DNA of 64,000 nt from Selaginella moellendorffii (lineage: Eukaryota; Plantae; Lycopodiophyta), in contig NW_003314317.1 of NCBI RefSeq assembly GCF_000143415.4, positions 1,164,164-1,228,163 on the forward strand, written 5' to 3'. Of the stretch, positions 48,547 through 62,377 are shown in pieces. The position numbers were made by a program, and so were the translations under genes. Position 1 is the first letter of the stretch, and every line of letters begins with the position of its first letter. The notes beneath the pieces were generated by a model. That model saw nothing but the letters and a program-made list of their open reading frames with translations, ran no database searches and was not told the origin of the DNA.

Positions 48547-48656
48547 TCGGGACCGAGACCGAGACCGAGGCCGAGGCCGAGACCGAGCCCGAGCCCGAGT
48601 CCGAGTCCGAGTCCGAGTCCGAGTCCGAGTCCGAGTCCAAGTCCGAGTCCGGAGCC
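48056..48656. repeat. Same array in the nested 3' LTR (~82 bp longer)
   Basis: Same units with additional copies. Confidence 0.95.
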
Positions 48657-50069
48657 TGAGAGGGTGAAAGCCCAAAGCGTTCGTCTCCCAGACCCTGGGG
48701 GGTTTGGTGAGCTCCAAAAGTATAGTAGGGGGAGGACTGCAGTGGAGCCAGTTTAGCCAGGAAAGGCCAGTTTGGCCCAGGAAGGCTGGACCCAGTGTTG
48801 GGTGATGAGCTGCCCACTGGGAAGTCCAAGACTAGAGTGAACACGGACCGACAAGCGGGGTAGTTTGGTGAAGTGTTCAAGAGCCGGCTCTAGTTCCCCC
48901 GGGAGATCGACTGGCCGATGCTCCCAGTCCAAGTGTGGGTGGCACTACCTACTTGGATACCAGGCGTGGCTCAACGGAACCTCGCTCTAAGCCCATGGCT
49001 AGAGCACCTAAAGGCGATAGGTGGGGAGAGTACCCAGGTGGCTCGCGTAAGGCCACGGTGTTCCGAAATGTTGTCCCAAAGGCCCAGACTGTGGAAAGGA
49101 AGAGGAGCAGTCCTCTGGAGAAGTGACCAAGGACACAGTCGTGTGGTGAAGAAGTCCCAGAGGACCGTGAGACTTAGTGGTCGGGCCTGTGGGCCTCGAT
49201 CCAGTGGCAGTGTTGGCAAACACGGCCAAGGGCAGAAAGGGACTTAGTGGGGACTGATAGAGGGATATTGGGGAAGGCTATTCCCCTTGTTAGTGGGCAT
49301 CCTAAGGATGCTAAGGAGTGGATCTGAGATGACCACTCACGGATGGTTTGCCTAGTCTTGGAGAGCCAAGACTGTGATGCAAGTGGTATTGGACTACCAG
49401 TGTGGCAAAGGTGATTGGGCATGGCCTTAGCGTAACGGGCTGCCATGTCGGTGGTACCTTTGAGTGTCGGTCATGGGATCGGACACGTGGAGCACTTGGA
49501 CCAAGTGTAAATGTTGAGTGGCATGGATGCCATTCTCGGGGCTAGCAAGTCCCAAGTCCTGGATTGGACTGATGGAGGTTGTGAATGAGACTCCTCCAAG
49601 TGGTCGGAGGTGTGGTTAAGTGACTAAAGTAGAACGGAAAATTTAGTCGCTTACAATATGTCGGAGCGGATCAAGCTAGGAATGCTGTGGCCAGCACTTC
49701 GTCAAGATCTTGTCGGACTTGTGCATGCACTTGCTCCTGCCACTCTTGACGATGCTCTTCGCTTGGCACAACGTTATGAGATGTCGCCTCTTCCACTTCT
49801 TGTTACACGTCCTTCAGCTCCACTTCCTATGAGTGATGGTCTTGTTCCCATGGAGGTTCATGCTGCTGCTACTCGAGTCCAAGGACAAGGGCGAGGACGT
49901 GGTCGTGGCTGTGACGTTCGTTGCTGGGCGTGTGATGAAGTTGGTCATACTTATCAGCGTTGTCGGCGCTTTCCGGATTGGCGACCTCCATTTCCTGGGT
50001 GGAGACCTTGGCGTCAGCAACGTCCCGTTGGTGCTGCTGCGGTGGAAGGTTTGGATACCGAGGTGCATT

Positions 50070-53000
50070 CGGGAAACGAGGAGTCGCGCGAGTAATGGAG
50101 GGACCTTGCGCGAATAAGTTAGTGACCCCTCCATCTTTCTTTCGGGAGTATCATCAAGGGGTTCACTCGGCACCGGTTCATCCAGTGTTTACTTTCCAAG
50201 CTCGTTTTTATAACAAGAGGTCTCCTATTCTTCTCTCCGTGTTGGTTGATACAGGTTCGAGTTTATCTTCTATTGCTCGACCTGTTGCCACATGTTGTCG
50301 TCTACACTTGCGTCGTGCGGCGGATCCAGTTTTCATTCTTTATGGCAACGGCCGTACACATGCATGTGCACGAGATGAGGCGGACCTGGTTGTGCGTATG
50401 GGCGATCTCGAGCTTGAGTTGCAGTCGTTGCGGGTGGTGCCGAGTCAAGCTTTTGACCTCATTCTTGGTATGGATTGGTTGCAGCACAATCATGCCAAGT
50501 GTGACTTTGAGGCTTCTCCCCCTTGTCTCATACTTCCTTATGTTTCATCCATTCCTCTCACTTCCGTACCTCTTCGTCCCTCTACTTCTACCTCTGCTTC
50601 CATTACTTTTATTCCCCCACTATTTCCTCTTGTGTTTCCATCTTGTTCTGCTCTTCCCTTTTCCGATCCCTCCGATGATCTTTGTGTTGCAGCTGTTGAC
50701 CAGCTCATATAGGAGTATTCTGATCTCTTTGAATTTGACCTATCGTCTGGGGCCAAGATTGCCACACGTCATCCCATTCCAACCGGGGATGCTCGTCCAA
50801 TCAAGGTTCCTGTTCGTCATCGGTCACCCAAGGAGATCAAGATTTTACGTGCAAACGTCAAGGAGATGTTGGAGAAGGGTGTTATTCGGAAGTCGCGGAG
50901 TCCTTGGGCATGTGAACCTCATCTTGTGACGAAGCCTGATGGGAGTATTCGTTTCTGCATCGACTATCGTCCGTTAAATGAAGTGACGATCCCGGACGTG
51001 TACCCTCTTCCTCACACTGCTGATCTCTTGGATCGTCTGGGGCGAAGTCGTTGGTTCACCAAGTTAGATCTTGCTTCTGGGTATTGGCAAGTACCGATGG
51101 CTGAAGAAGATATTCCTAAGACTGCTTTTCGTACACCATTTGGTTTGTACGAGTTTTTGGTGATGCCGTTTGGTTTGAACAATGCTCCAGCAACTTTTCA
51201 GCGGATGATGGACGAGGTTCTTTACGATATGCCGGAGGTGACGGCTGACTTCATTGATGATGTTTTGATCCACTCGGAGGGGACGTGGGAGGAGCATGTT
51301 CGTGATGTTTGTAAAGTGTTGGATCGGCTACGCGACGTTGGTTTAAAGCTGAAGCGGTCGAAGTGCGTGTTTGGGTCCAAGGACACAACTTATCTTGGGT
51401 ACCGTATTTCTCGTGAGGGTTTGCAAGTTGATCCTGACAAACTTGTGGCTGTTCTAAAGTTCCCTACTCCAAAGTGTGTGAATGATGTGCAGCGCTTTTT
51501 GGGTAAGGTGCAGTATCTCGGTCGTTTTGTGGATCATCTTTCCGATCGCACTACACCATTGCGAGCGTTGCTGAAGTCATCAACGTCATTTTTCATCTGG
51601 TCTCCCGATTGTGAGCGGGCGTTCGTGAATCTCAAAGAGCTATTGACGACTCCTCCGGTTTTGGCATATCCTGACTACACTCGACCTTTTATTTTGCGCG
51701 TGGATGCTTCTGACATTGGTCTTGGAGGTGTGTTGATGCAAGAGAGCTCGAGTGTGCCTGGTCAGCGCCATCCCATTGCATACATCAGCTGTACATTACA
51801 ACCAGCGGAGATGAACTACTCCACGACGGAGAAGGAGTGTTTAGCAGCAGTCTGGGGTTTCGAGAAACTTCATGCATATCTACATGGTTCTCGGACGTTA
51901 CTTGAAGGTGACCATGCTGCTGTTACTTCATTATTGAAGCGGAAGAACCTAGTTGGTCGTATGGCTCGATGGGCTTTGAAGCTTCAGATATATGATTTCG
52001 ATGTTGTTCATCGCCCAGGGAGTTCTATGGCTGATGCTGATACCCTTTCTCGAGCTCCTCTTCCTTCTCCACTCACTTCTCATGTTTCTGACGAACCTGT
52101 TGTTCCAGCATCTGTGGATTTTCTAGATGAGGATTCTGTGCCGTCGGCGGTTGCTGTCCTTGACGTTCAGTGTCCACAGGGTGTAGAGCAAGATCTACCT
52201 TCTCTTGATGAGGTTCGCGAGGCTCAAAAGATTGAGCTGTGGATTCGAAGGCTTCGAGGTGGGTTTGAGAATCCTGCATCACTTGCTGATGACTTGCCTT
52301 TTCGGCATTTACATTCTCAATATCGCCTTAAAGATGGCCTTCTTTATTTTGTGGGGACGGATCTTGCTGATCATTTACGGCTGGTGGTGCCTTCGGTGTT
52401 TATTCTGCGGTTTCTCCATGCCTACCATGATTCTCCTATTCTAGGTGGGCATATGGGACACCGTCGTGTCACTGAGAAGCTGCGCAGATCTTTCTATTGG
52501 CCAGAGATGCGACGTGATATTATCCGGTATGTGCGTAGCTGCGTTTGGTGCCAAGCTCGTAATACTCCCCCTTGTGCTGCGGAAGGACGGTTGGAGTCAA
52601 TTGCAGTTTCTCGTCCGTTTGAGTTGGTGGCGTTTGATCTTATGGGACCTTTTCCGCGATCGACTGCTGGCAATGAGTATATTATTATTGCTTCTGACTA
52701 CTTGACTCGTTGGGTGGAAGTTGGTGCTCTAACTGCTGTTGGATACTTCCTCCTCAATCGAGTGGTATTCCAGCATTCTTGTCCAGAGCGGATTCTTTCG
52801 GATAATGGTCTTGCATTTATGGCTGAGGTATTTCATGTTTTGACATCTCGGTTGGGGATACGCCACACTTTTACGAGTGCTTATCATCCACAATCAAACG
52901 GTCTGGTGGAACGGCTCGTTCGGACATTCAAAGGGATGATTGCGAAGTATGTGAACTTTCAACATTCAGATTGGGATGGTTATTTGCCGTCTCTTCGGTA

Positions 53001-53544
53001 TGCCTATGTCACAGGGGTGCAGAGTTCTGTTGGTGCTTCACCATATAAACTTCTATATGGTCATGATCCAATATTACCAACTGAGCTGGGTTTACCTTCG
53101 CGATTGCCACGAGCTCCTGATGCTAGGTCATGGGATCAATATTTGACAAGCATTCTTCCACTTGTCCGAGCAGAGTCTGCTGAACACTTAGGCCGCGTAC
53201 AAGTGGGACAACAACGGCGCTACAATTCCCATCATCGTCCACCTGCGGAGTACAAAGTGGATGATTTGGTGTTAGTCCATTTTCCCCATCTTACAGTACG
53301 TGGTTTATCTAAGGGGCTCCTTGTGCAGTGGAAAGGACCGTATCGGGTGTTGCGGCAAGTTGGACCACAAGTTTATGAGGTTCGGCATGACGTTCAGCAG
53401 GCTGATCCTCCGGAGATTGTGCATGTGCAGCGGTTAAAACACTTCATACAAAGGGATCAGGAGCAGTTAATACCGTCTACAGATCCACCAATGCCTCCTC
53501 CTGACGTTCCTCCAGATCCCGGCTCATATACAAGAGAACCCTGA
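50070..53544 (+). CDS. pol: pol polyprotein (PR, RT, RNase H, integrase) with one premature TAG at 50710
   Basis: LVDTGS; RFCIDYRPLN, MPFGL, FIDD; VDASDIG; HDS..GGH..CVWC, ILSDNG, NGLVER, WKGPY. Confidence 0.93.
50071..50134 (+). promoter_or_regulatory. -1 ribosomal frameshift signal (G GGA AAC + predicted H-type pseudoknot)
   Basis: Slippery heptamer in the gag frame; pol lies in the -1 frame; stems 50084-92/50105-13 and 50095-102/50127-134. Confidence 0.8.
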
Positions 53545-55820
53545 CGGCCTTCCATTATTCCGAGAGGAGGGGATGATATGAGGGCCAAGTGTACGGCTAC
53601 AATGCCGTATACTAATATTAGCGTAGTGGATTTTGGTAGCCGTCGGATTGGTTTCAATCCGGACCACTCGCTCCTGTATATAAGCTAGGGTTTTTGGGCT
53701 AATTGAGATGCACATTTCTGTATTCCCTTTCCATATTCCATGCACTCACACTTTTATGACTTAAATTAGGTTACTACTTTAACAATAATCACTAAAACAA
53801 TGTAGCCTTATAAGAAAATGCTGAATTTAATTATAATCTATATCAAAACATGGTTAAATATGTTAAAACTTTAGATATGATGTTTTTGGTCTGCATAAGC
53901 AAACTTGTAGAGGGACTGGGATGGTAGTGAATATATCAAAATTATGTTTGAATATTTTAGAATATTCTACCATCTAATGGTTGTTAATTTTGTATTTATA
54001 ATTTTATACATGTTTATAATGTATAAACTTTCTTAAACCCTATCTAGTATATTATTTTTTAGTACATTATCTATATATTCAATAAGATTAATCTTGTATT
54101 TATAAATTACAAACATTCTTATAATTATAAACATTATTTGATCAATTGGATTAATAAATAAGAATAGCACTACTATTAAACAAACAAAACATTGCTACAT
54201 GCAATGCATAGCATTTTTTTATATAAATTTAGTTAGTTAATTAATTAATTTTACAAATAATAAAGAGAATAATGCCTTGGAATTATTTTTTTATTATTGA
54301 GTATAAAGAAAAAAATAAGGTAAAACGTTTTTCCTCTTTTATGACTCTTAAAAACAATAAGTGCCAATATTTTTCTACTTCTTTACTAATATTTAAATGA
54401 TATTAATACATATATATTACAATCTTAAATTTAAATGACAATTAACAAATCCATAAACTATAATTACATTTATAATTAAAGTGCACTCTTCAAAAGTAAA
54501 TAAAAGTATTGAAATTTATAAATAAAAGTCTACAGTTTATAAATTTAATAAAAAATTATTTCTAATTTTTTAAATTTAATTTCAGCATTGTCATTACCCT
54601 TGTGAGACATTTTTGAAATTCTATTTTTCATCTACAATATATATAATATTAATAATTCTAAAAGTTTTACAAATTGTTTCTTTAAGATGTTTACAGCAAA
54701 ATATGTTATTAATATTTTTATTATTATTATTACAATAATTTTTATTAAAGTGTTTATATGTATACTATCCAAATTAAAATTATAATATTTTTCTTAAAGA
54801 ATTTATAACTAATTGAAATAACTGTTATAAATTGTATTAATATCAATTAAATAATCTTTCCTTGAAAGCCTATCTTGTACAGATAGTATTTGTTATGAGT
54901 TTAGAGTAGTAGAGAGAGCCTTTTTGATAGATAATATGTAGTTGACGATGGACCACTGATGGATTAATTTATCACAAAGTATTTTTTCTTGTATTTATAT
55001 GTAAAATAATATTTTTTTGCTTTTGTTGTAATAAATGCAAAAGTTTTCCTTTTGTTTTTTTTTACCCGTGGATGCAACTTTTTCCCCTTACCTAAAGGGC
55101 GCACGCTTGGAGGCATATCAACAAATGAAATTAAATATTTAGTTTTTACCAAATGGTGTTAAATCAGAATTCACTAATGCAACCAAAGATATGTTCTAGG
55201 TTACTCTTAGATAGTAAATTTTTCTTTTATTTTTCTTTTTTAATTTTAGTCTTTTTTTTTTCAGGAATGCTACCTTGGATAACATATCAACTACAATCAA
55301 TTGTCACTATCTCTTTTTTACTGTCTTTCGAACGAGTTCAAATTACATTCAATTTTTGCTTTCTTAATACTCACCATTATAGTGAATTAATTAAATTTTT
55401 TCTATTCATAACAAAATTATTTATCTTAAGAAAGTGTTTTTAAAACAATCATGAATAATAAACTTGTTTTAGGAAATGTTTTAATTTTTTGTGTCCCTTA
55501 TGAGAAAATAAAATCTTTAATAACCTTTATTGAAAATTAAAACTACACACTTATCAATCTTTGTTTTAAATTGAAGATTGATAAAAAACATTGTAATCAT
55601 GAAAGAAAAATAATAAAATCACAAAATGTTTAAAATATAAAACCAAATTTTTAAAAAATGTTTAAATTTTTTTTGAAATATTTTAAAATTATATATGCAT
55701 TTACATATCTTTTTAATACTTTACAACCAGCTGACTCGCGCAGAGGAGGGATCCAGCCGTGCGATTGGATCGTATCGGACGGCTCCGCGACTAGAAAACG
55801 CCATTATCGCCAATCTCGCC

Positions 55821-56253
55821 ATGGGAGTGACCAAGGAGGGCGTCGAGGAAACGCTCAAGGCCAAGCTCACCCCGACCCATCTGGTAAGCCCATGTTCTTA
55901 CTAGTTCTCGCCTCCTGATCCTCGCGGCTGGTTCTCACTTTTCAATTTCTCGCGATTTTCCTTCCAGGTCGTCATCGATACATCCGGAGGGTAAGCGCGC
56001 GGTGATGATCTGTGAGAGAATTCTCTGGCCTTCCCTAATGTTTCTCTTGGATTGTAGATGTGGGGCTAGCTTCGACATCGAGATCGCGTCTTCGAATTTC
56101 GAGGGCAAGAGGCTACTGGAGCGCCATCGCCTGGTGAACGCGGCGCTGGCTGAGGAGCTCAAAGACATCCACGCCCTCTCCATCCGCAAGGCCTTGACGC
56201 CCAAGCAATGGGAAGAACAGCACCCGGCGCCTGAGAATCTGGCCACGGCGTGA
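55821..56253 (+). CDS. BOLA2: BolA2 protein, 3 exons
   Basis: MGVTKEGVE..|VVIDTSGG|CGASF..FEGKRLLERHRLVN..IHALSI. Confidence 0.93.
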
Positions 56254-56378
56254 GCGCTCTTCTATGAATTAGCTTTGATCTTTGCTTTCTTCTCGGCACG
56301 AAAAAACCCCCGCGAAGAATTCGCTCGCTTTAAAGAATCTCATCGACCATATATTTTAGGGTTTGCTGTGCGAGAGCG

Positions 56379-59300
56379 ATGGCGGCCTCGCGGCGCGGCC
56401 AGAAGAGGAAGCGATCGGGCAATTCGCGAGGTATAGCTTCCTCCCAGTTCTCCTCTTGCGATGAAGGCGGCGATTACAAGCACTGCGGGTTCCTCCTCAC
56501 CGCCGTGGAATCCGATCTTCTCCTCCATGATCACAGCAGCATTCCCCCGGATTGCTGCTCCAACAGCGGTGAAGATTTCGGCGAGCTAGTCCAGTGCCGC
56601 GATGGCGTCCAGGAGGCGCCAGACGAATGTAGGTTTTCCAGCCTCGTGGGAGCCGAGTGTGAATTAACTGGCCAGGGCGCCAACGCTACCATTGCGATTG
56701 ACGCCTTTCACGCGATTCCAGCCGCAATCGCGGAAGAATCCGTGCTGATCGATCCCGCCACTCCGGATTCCACGTCGCGGAGCTCGGAGAAGTGTCGCAG
56801 CAGCTCAGGGAAGCGGCGGGGCAGCTCTAGCGTCACGATTCCAAGCATTGTCTCGCAGCTCCAGAGAGTGGCTTCCATGAACGGCTTGAAATTCCGGGGC
56901 CGCGTTGTCAAGGTTGTCGAGAAAGGGGCCGTGGTTCGTGCGGTGGTACTCATCGATGTGTTCTTTCCTTTGCGGCATTTTATCACGCTTAGCAGCTGGA
57001 AGGGTGGCAGTGCCAGTGCTTTCGCCATGGGCCACTTGAGGTAAGCATAGGTCTTGGTGTTCTTAGCATCGTTCTTAGCTCTAAGAAGTTCTATAGTTTT
57101 GGCGATCGATTCTAAAAGAGAAAACTTTACGTTTTTCTTGCAGCTGCGATTGGAGCCGGAGGAAAGAGCTTGAAGCTTCAAGTTCTTCGATCGATGACGG
57201 AGACGTGTGGAACCTTTCGGAATGCCATGTTGTTGGCTGCTCTCTACACTCCAGTGTGTCCACTTCCGTCAAGAACACGAGGTTTAGTCTTCACGAGATT
57301 TTTAACTCGCTCTCGGCCGGCGACGCAGGCAGGAGATTCGTGGGCACCAGCTTAGTCTGTGCTTGTGATGAAGATCGTCGGTGCAGTGGCTTGTGGGATC
57401 TCCCCGACGAGATCCTCACGTCCGTCTTTAGCAGGCTCCTTCCCAGGGATTTACTGAGCATTGCAGCGGTTTGCCGGCACACCCGCGAACTTACGAGGTT
57501 TATCGTCCCTTGTATGAACCTTCGACTGTTTCCACACCAGAATGCGGCGGTCCAGTGGATGCTCCACCGCGAGACGAATCCACAACGTTTCAGGAACCCG
57601 ATACATAAGGATTTACAGACGGAAGATGGATTCCACCTCTTTTTGAACAGCGTTACCGGGGAGATTTCTATCGAGATGCCGGAGCTCAGCGACTTCCGTG
57701 GGGGTCTCTTTTGCGACGAGCCGGGACTGGGAAAAACCATCACAGCTTTGTCACTTGTACTGAAGAGCCAGGGGATCTTTCCATCTCCTCCACCGGGTGC
57801 TGAAGTTTGCTGGTCTTCTAGTCTGTCGGGCGAGAAGATCGGATACTACGAAGCAACCTCAGGGACGCAGAGAATGTCGTTACTGAAGCGATGCATGGCT
57901 ATGAAGGGACGTAGATATCAGCTCGGAGCGGAAACTCCAAGCGAGTTTGGCAAGCGGAAGGCAGCCGCTGACGACTCTATACTAGAGCCTTTGCGCATCA
58001 GGAGGAAGCTTTTGGACAGCTATGGTGACGGTAGCGATGAAGCTGGCGTTGGGGATATCGGGGCAGCAGCAGCAGTATCACAGCAGCCAGAAGTAGCTGA
58101 TGATGTGTGGGTGCAATGCGACGGCTGTAAGAAATGGCGTAAACTGGCAAACGGTTGTGGCTCTCCGAAGGATGGTTCGGCCTGGTTTTGTAAGATGAAC
58201 AGGAACCCTCAGTATCAGAGCTGCTCAGCGCCGGAAGAATCATGGGACCGGAAAGACAGTATTTCTCACTTGGAAGGCTTTCACAGGAAAGGCAGCGAGC
58301 CTGGCCTGGAGCGGAACGTGTCGTTTTTCTTTTCGATCCTGAAGGACCGTGCGGCGTTACTGAACTCCGAGGCCAAGAAGGCATTGAACTGGCTAGCAGA
58401 TTTGCGTTCTTTGGAGCTTACAAAGATGGCAAGCTCGGGTATCCCAGTTCCGCAGCACTTGAGAATGGTCTCGGTCACAGGACGGACGGACCACGAGTAC
58501 GAAGAGTTCTTCCTGGCCTTCGGTCTCGTCCCAAAGCAGGACAAGAAGAAGGTGCCGAAATGGCAGTATCCGGAGGGACTGACGGGCTTTCACCTCGATA
58601 CGTTAGCTCTCAAGTGTGCTCTAGCAAAGCCCGTGGAAGAAGTCACTCGGGTATACCTCTCAAAGGCAACCTTGATCGTGGTTCCGTCAAACTTGGTGGA
58701 GCACTGGAAGACTCAGATACAGAGGCACACGAGTGAGAAGCAGCTGCGAGTTTATGCCTGCCTCGACTCGAAAAACACTCCTACGTCGCACAGCCTTGCG
58801 TGGGATTACGACATTGTCATCACGACGTTCAACCGGCTCAGCATTGAATGGAACAGCAGGGAGAGCAGCCTGCTGATGCAAATACACTGGTTTCGGATTA
58901 TTCTGGACGAGGGGCATACGCTCGGAGCTAGTTTCTCACTTACCAACAAGCTTCAGATGGCTGTCAATATGCGGGCTTCATGTCGGTGGGTTCTCACAGG
59001 AACTCCTACACCGGATACTCCATACAGTCAGCTCGTCAATCTCCATCCTATGCTGAGGTTCCTCCATGACGAGCTCTATGGTAGCCAGATCAAGCTTTGG
59101 GATGCTGCAGTTTTGCGTCCCTTTGAAGCACACTTGGAGGAAGGCAGGCTCCGTCTGGTGGACTTCCTCCGGAGGTGTATGATCAGCGCAAGGAAAGCCG
59201 ACTTAAGCTCCATTCCTCCGTGCGTCCGGAAGGTCAAGCTGGTGGAATTTACAGACAACCATGCTGCCAGCTACAACGAGCTCGTGGAGACGGTCCGGAG

Positions 59301-60668
59301 AAATCTTCTCATGGCAGACTGGAATGATCCCGACCACGTCGAATCTCTCTTGAATCCGAAGCAGTGGAAGCTCAAGAATACTACGCTGAGAAACGTCCGG
59401 CTGTCTTGCTGCGTTGCGGGCCACATCAAAGTCCGGAATGCTAATCAAGATATCCAAGAAACGATGGAGATGCTTGTTCAGGACGGCATGGATCCAACCT
59501 CGGACCAGTATGGATTCATAAAGGGCTCTCTTCTGCTTGGAGGAAACTGCTTCAGGTACTAAAGTTTTATCTTTTTCCTTTTAACTGATTCCATTACTTC
59601 GTTTGCAGGTGTGGAGAATGGTGTAGACTTCCGATCTTAACACCTTGTCTTCACTTCTTGTGCTTGTCGTGCGTATCGTTGGATTGTGAACGATGCATTT
59701 TACCGGAATGTGGAAAACCGTACCAAATGCAGACACCGAAAGCTCGTCCAGAGAATCCAAATCCGAAATGGCCAGTTCCACAAGATCTTATCGAGCTACA
59801 ACCATCCTATATCCAAGTAAGCGAATGGTCACTCAAAGGTAGCTGGCTCACGGTTTTTGGTTGTGCAGGAAGACTGGCATTCTGAATGGCAAGCAACGTC
59901 AAGCAGTAAAGTCTCTTATCTGGTTGAAAGGCTGAGAGGCCTGCAACAGGAAAACGGGAAACTGCCTGAAAAGGCCATCGTGTTTTCCCAGTTTTTGGAG
60001 CATATAAGTGCAATTGAAATGCAGGTAAAGAGCTGTCTCGAGTTTGGCTTACGATCTTACCTTCGTGTTCTTCGCAGCTCACCAAAGGAGGGATAGAGCA
60101 TGCAGGAATGTACAGTCCCATGCCTGCTGCAAGCAAGGTAGAAAGCCTTTCTTTTTCTCACGTTTGCTTATTGTGAAGCTGGATGCTATCAGATGAAATC
60201 CTTGAGAACGTTCCAAGAGAACCCCAAATGCGTCGTCCTTTTGATGGATAGCAGCTCTGCTCTTGGACTGGACTTAAGTTTCGTCACCCATGTTTTTCTC
60301 ATGGAACCCATATGGGATCGCAGGTTCTTTCAATCAGCCTTTAGTAGGATTCGTTCTTTCTGCTTTTATGTTCTAAACTTTTGAGTGCCTGGCAGTATCG
60401 AGGAACAAGTTGTGAGCCGTGCTCATCGAATGGGAGCCACTCGGCCAGTGCTTGTGGAAACCTTGGCAATGGCTGGGACGATCGAGGAGCAAATGCTGGG
60501 CTTCTTACAGGCATGCTACGTGAAAGCTCTCGAGGATTTGCTTGTGCTAATTGTACTCGTTTGTTTCAGCGCTGCTCGGATCCAAGTCGAGGTCACCATG
60601 ATCCTGCGGAGCTGCAATATCTCACCCGTTTAGCTTTCGTCAGGAAACATGCAGCCACTAACGCATAG
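56379..60668 (+). CDS. F-box / CW zinc finger / SNF2 helicase protein (At3g54460-like), multi-exon
   Basis: F-box LPDEILTSVF; GGLFCDEPGLGKT; WVQCDGCKKWR; LDEGH; WVLTGTP; RING-like Cys cluster; QVVSRAHRMG. Confidence 0.92.
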
Positions 60669-62377
60669 GAAAATTGATTTTTATTACACCATTTCTTTGT
60701 CCACAACTGAGGATAAAAAAGATAAATAAAATATTTAACGTTTAAATGGCCACAAAAGGGCTCATCATTGGATTTATCGCATCTCCCATTTTTGCAGGGA
60801 TGTAAATAAAATATTCTTGCATTGTCCAACTACTGTATAATTTCCCATTATTAAGAAACAGGAGCATCCTTAAAATGTGTTTAAATATTGGTTTTATTAT
60901 TTTACAGGTTTTTTAAATTATAATTTGTTTAACAAATGTTAAACTATTAACAAAATATAATCACTTTATAATGAAAGCCATAGTATCATGTATAATTAAA
61001 AGGAATAAAATAATTATATTTACAAGATCTATACATATATATTTTTGTTTGCTATTGATTCAATATTAAACTATCTTTAAAAATCTAAATTAACTTTTAG
61101 AGGGACACTTTGGACAAACACTACTAATTGTTAAAGTATAGATTTATTTTATATTTTGTAAAATAACTAGATTATACAAAAATTTAAGGAAACTAACTTT
61201 AAAATAAATATAAGACTTACTGAAAATAATTCATTTGGTGCTTTAAATTGGTGGTAATAACTATTTAATTTACCAACTTTACAGTCTTATTATATAACCT
61301 CTATTATTAATTTTGTTTTACCCATCATTGCTTCATATTTCAGATCTTTATATTGCAGTTAACAAAGTAATATTTGCCCCACTTAATTGATATATTCCCA
61401 ATCAATGATATTGTAGTCTCCTAATTGCAAAGTGATATATGCACTTATGGTGTGATTATGTTGATATTGAACATCCAGAAAAAAATTTAGTAAATTCTAT
61501 TACACCTTCTACAAACTCTTACCTAAAAATGTTGTATATCACTATGACACATTATTCTAAAAAATGCTTTACTAATAGTTTTAGATTGTTAGATTGTGTT
61601 GTGGCCATTCAAAGGGGAGAAGACCTTACAACCCACGCATCACACTTAAGCTATTAAACATAGATATCCCATTCAAGATGTCTTAAAGACAATTTCTTAC
61701 TCATTTGGGTTATTGTGTTATGATCTTCAAGTACCAAGGGCAAACATTTGCTAGTGTACTTGCCCCTCCCAGTGAGTTTTCACTTTCTACATGGCTTTGT
61801 CAATATATACATCACATGGACGACTAGAAAAAAAAATTCAAAACACCACACGCCAAGGACATCTCGTGTTTCCAGATTCTTTTTAGTTTTACATTAAAGT
61901 ATACAGCTTATACAAGATCTCTACAATATACAAAGAGGTCTTTTTAATGACCTTTGTAACTCATATTTGTATTGATGCATCCTAGCATTTGCTGGGTATT
62001 TCTAGTATGAATATAAAGAACCTCTAGGAGAAGATGGAATTTCAATGTTATAATCTGTTTTGACTGATAAAATTATGGGGCTAATACAATTATAGCCATG
62101 TAATTAGTAATGCTAGAAAATTGTTCTGAATTAGCAATTTAGATTAAAAAATGGATTATTTTTTAGAATTATATAAAAAAAGGTTGCAATTGCATAGTAA
62201 GCTTAACCAATGTATCAAGTGAATATAAAGAATGCTCTATGTATATTGTGTGGTCCCAAGAAAACAATGTTGTACAACTGAAAGAAAATAAGACCCTTCT
62301 TAAGAGTAAAATTTATTTTTTAAGGTTAACAGGCTCATCTTGGTCATTGGATTTTAAATCAATTTTTACTGACACAA

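Larger units (their letters stand above)
41987..49655 (+). mobile_element. Nested non-autonomous LTR element (LARD-like)
   Basis: TG..CA LTRs 41987-43729 and 47831-49655, near-identical; TSD ATATG; iMet-type PBS tggtatcggagc at 43733; 4.1-kb interior with no long ORF. Confidence 0.93.
41489..50095 (+). pseudogene. gag: gag of the outer element, split by the nested element (41489-41986 + 49656-50095)
   Basis: PEFFHG, LQGTALQWY, LRQGPSESV; CCHC knuckle CWACDEVGHTYQRC; in-frame TAG stops at 41525 and 41729. Confidence 0.85.
41082..53750 (+). mobile_element. Ty3/gypsy LTR retrotransposon (no chromodomain seen), 174-bp LTRs, carrying a nested insertion
   Basis: LTRs 41082-41255 and 53577-53750 (8 differences by eye); TSD CTTT; PBS tggtggagatgagggg; PPT gagaggaggggatga; domain order gag-PR-RT-RH-IN. 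Confidence 0.95.

Noticed and set aside
42004-48880. Long low-complexity ORFs (WSPR, RD/RV, ET/SE repeats) on both strands
   Set aside because: By-products of the stop-free LTR array; no domain signal.
53751-55690. AT-rich spacer with short ORFs
   Set aside because: Low complexity; no motifs or recognisable structure.
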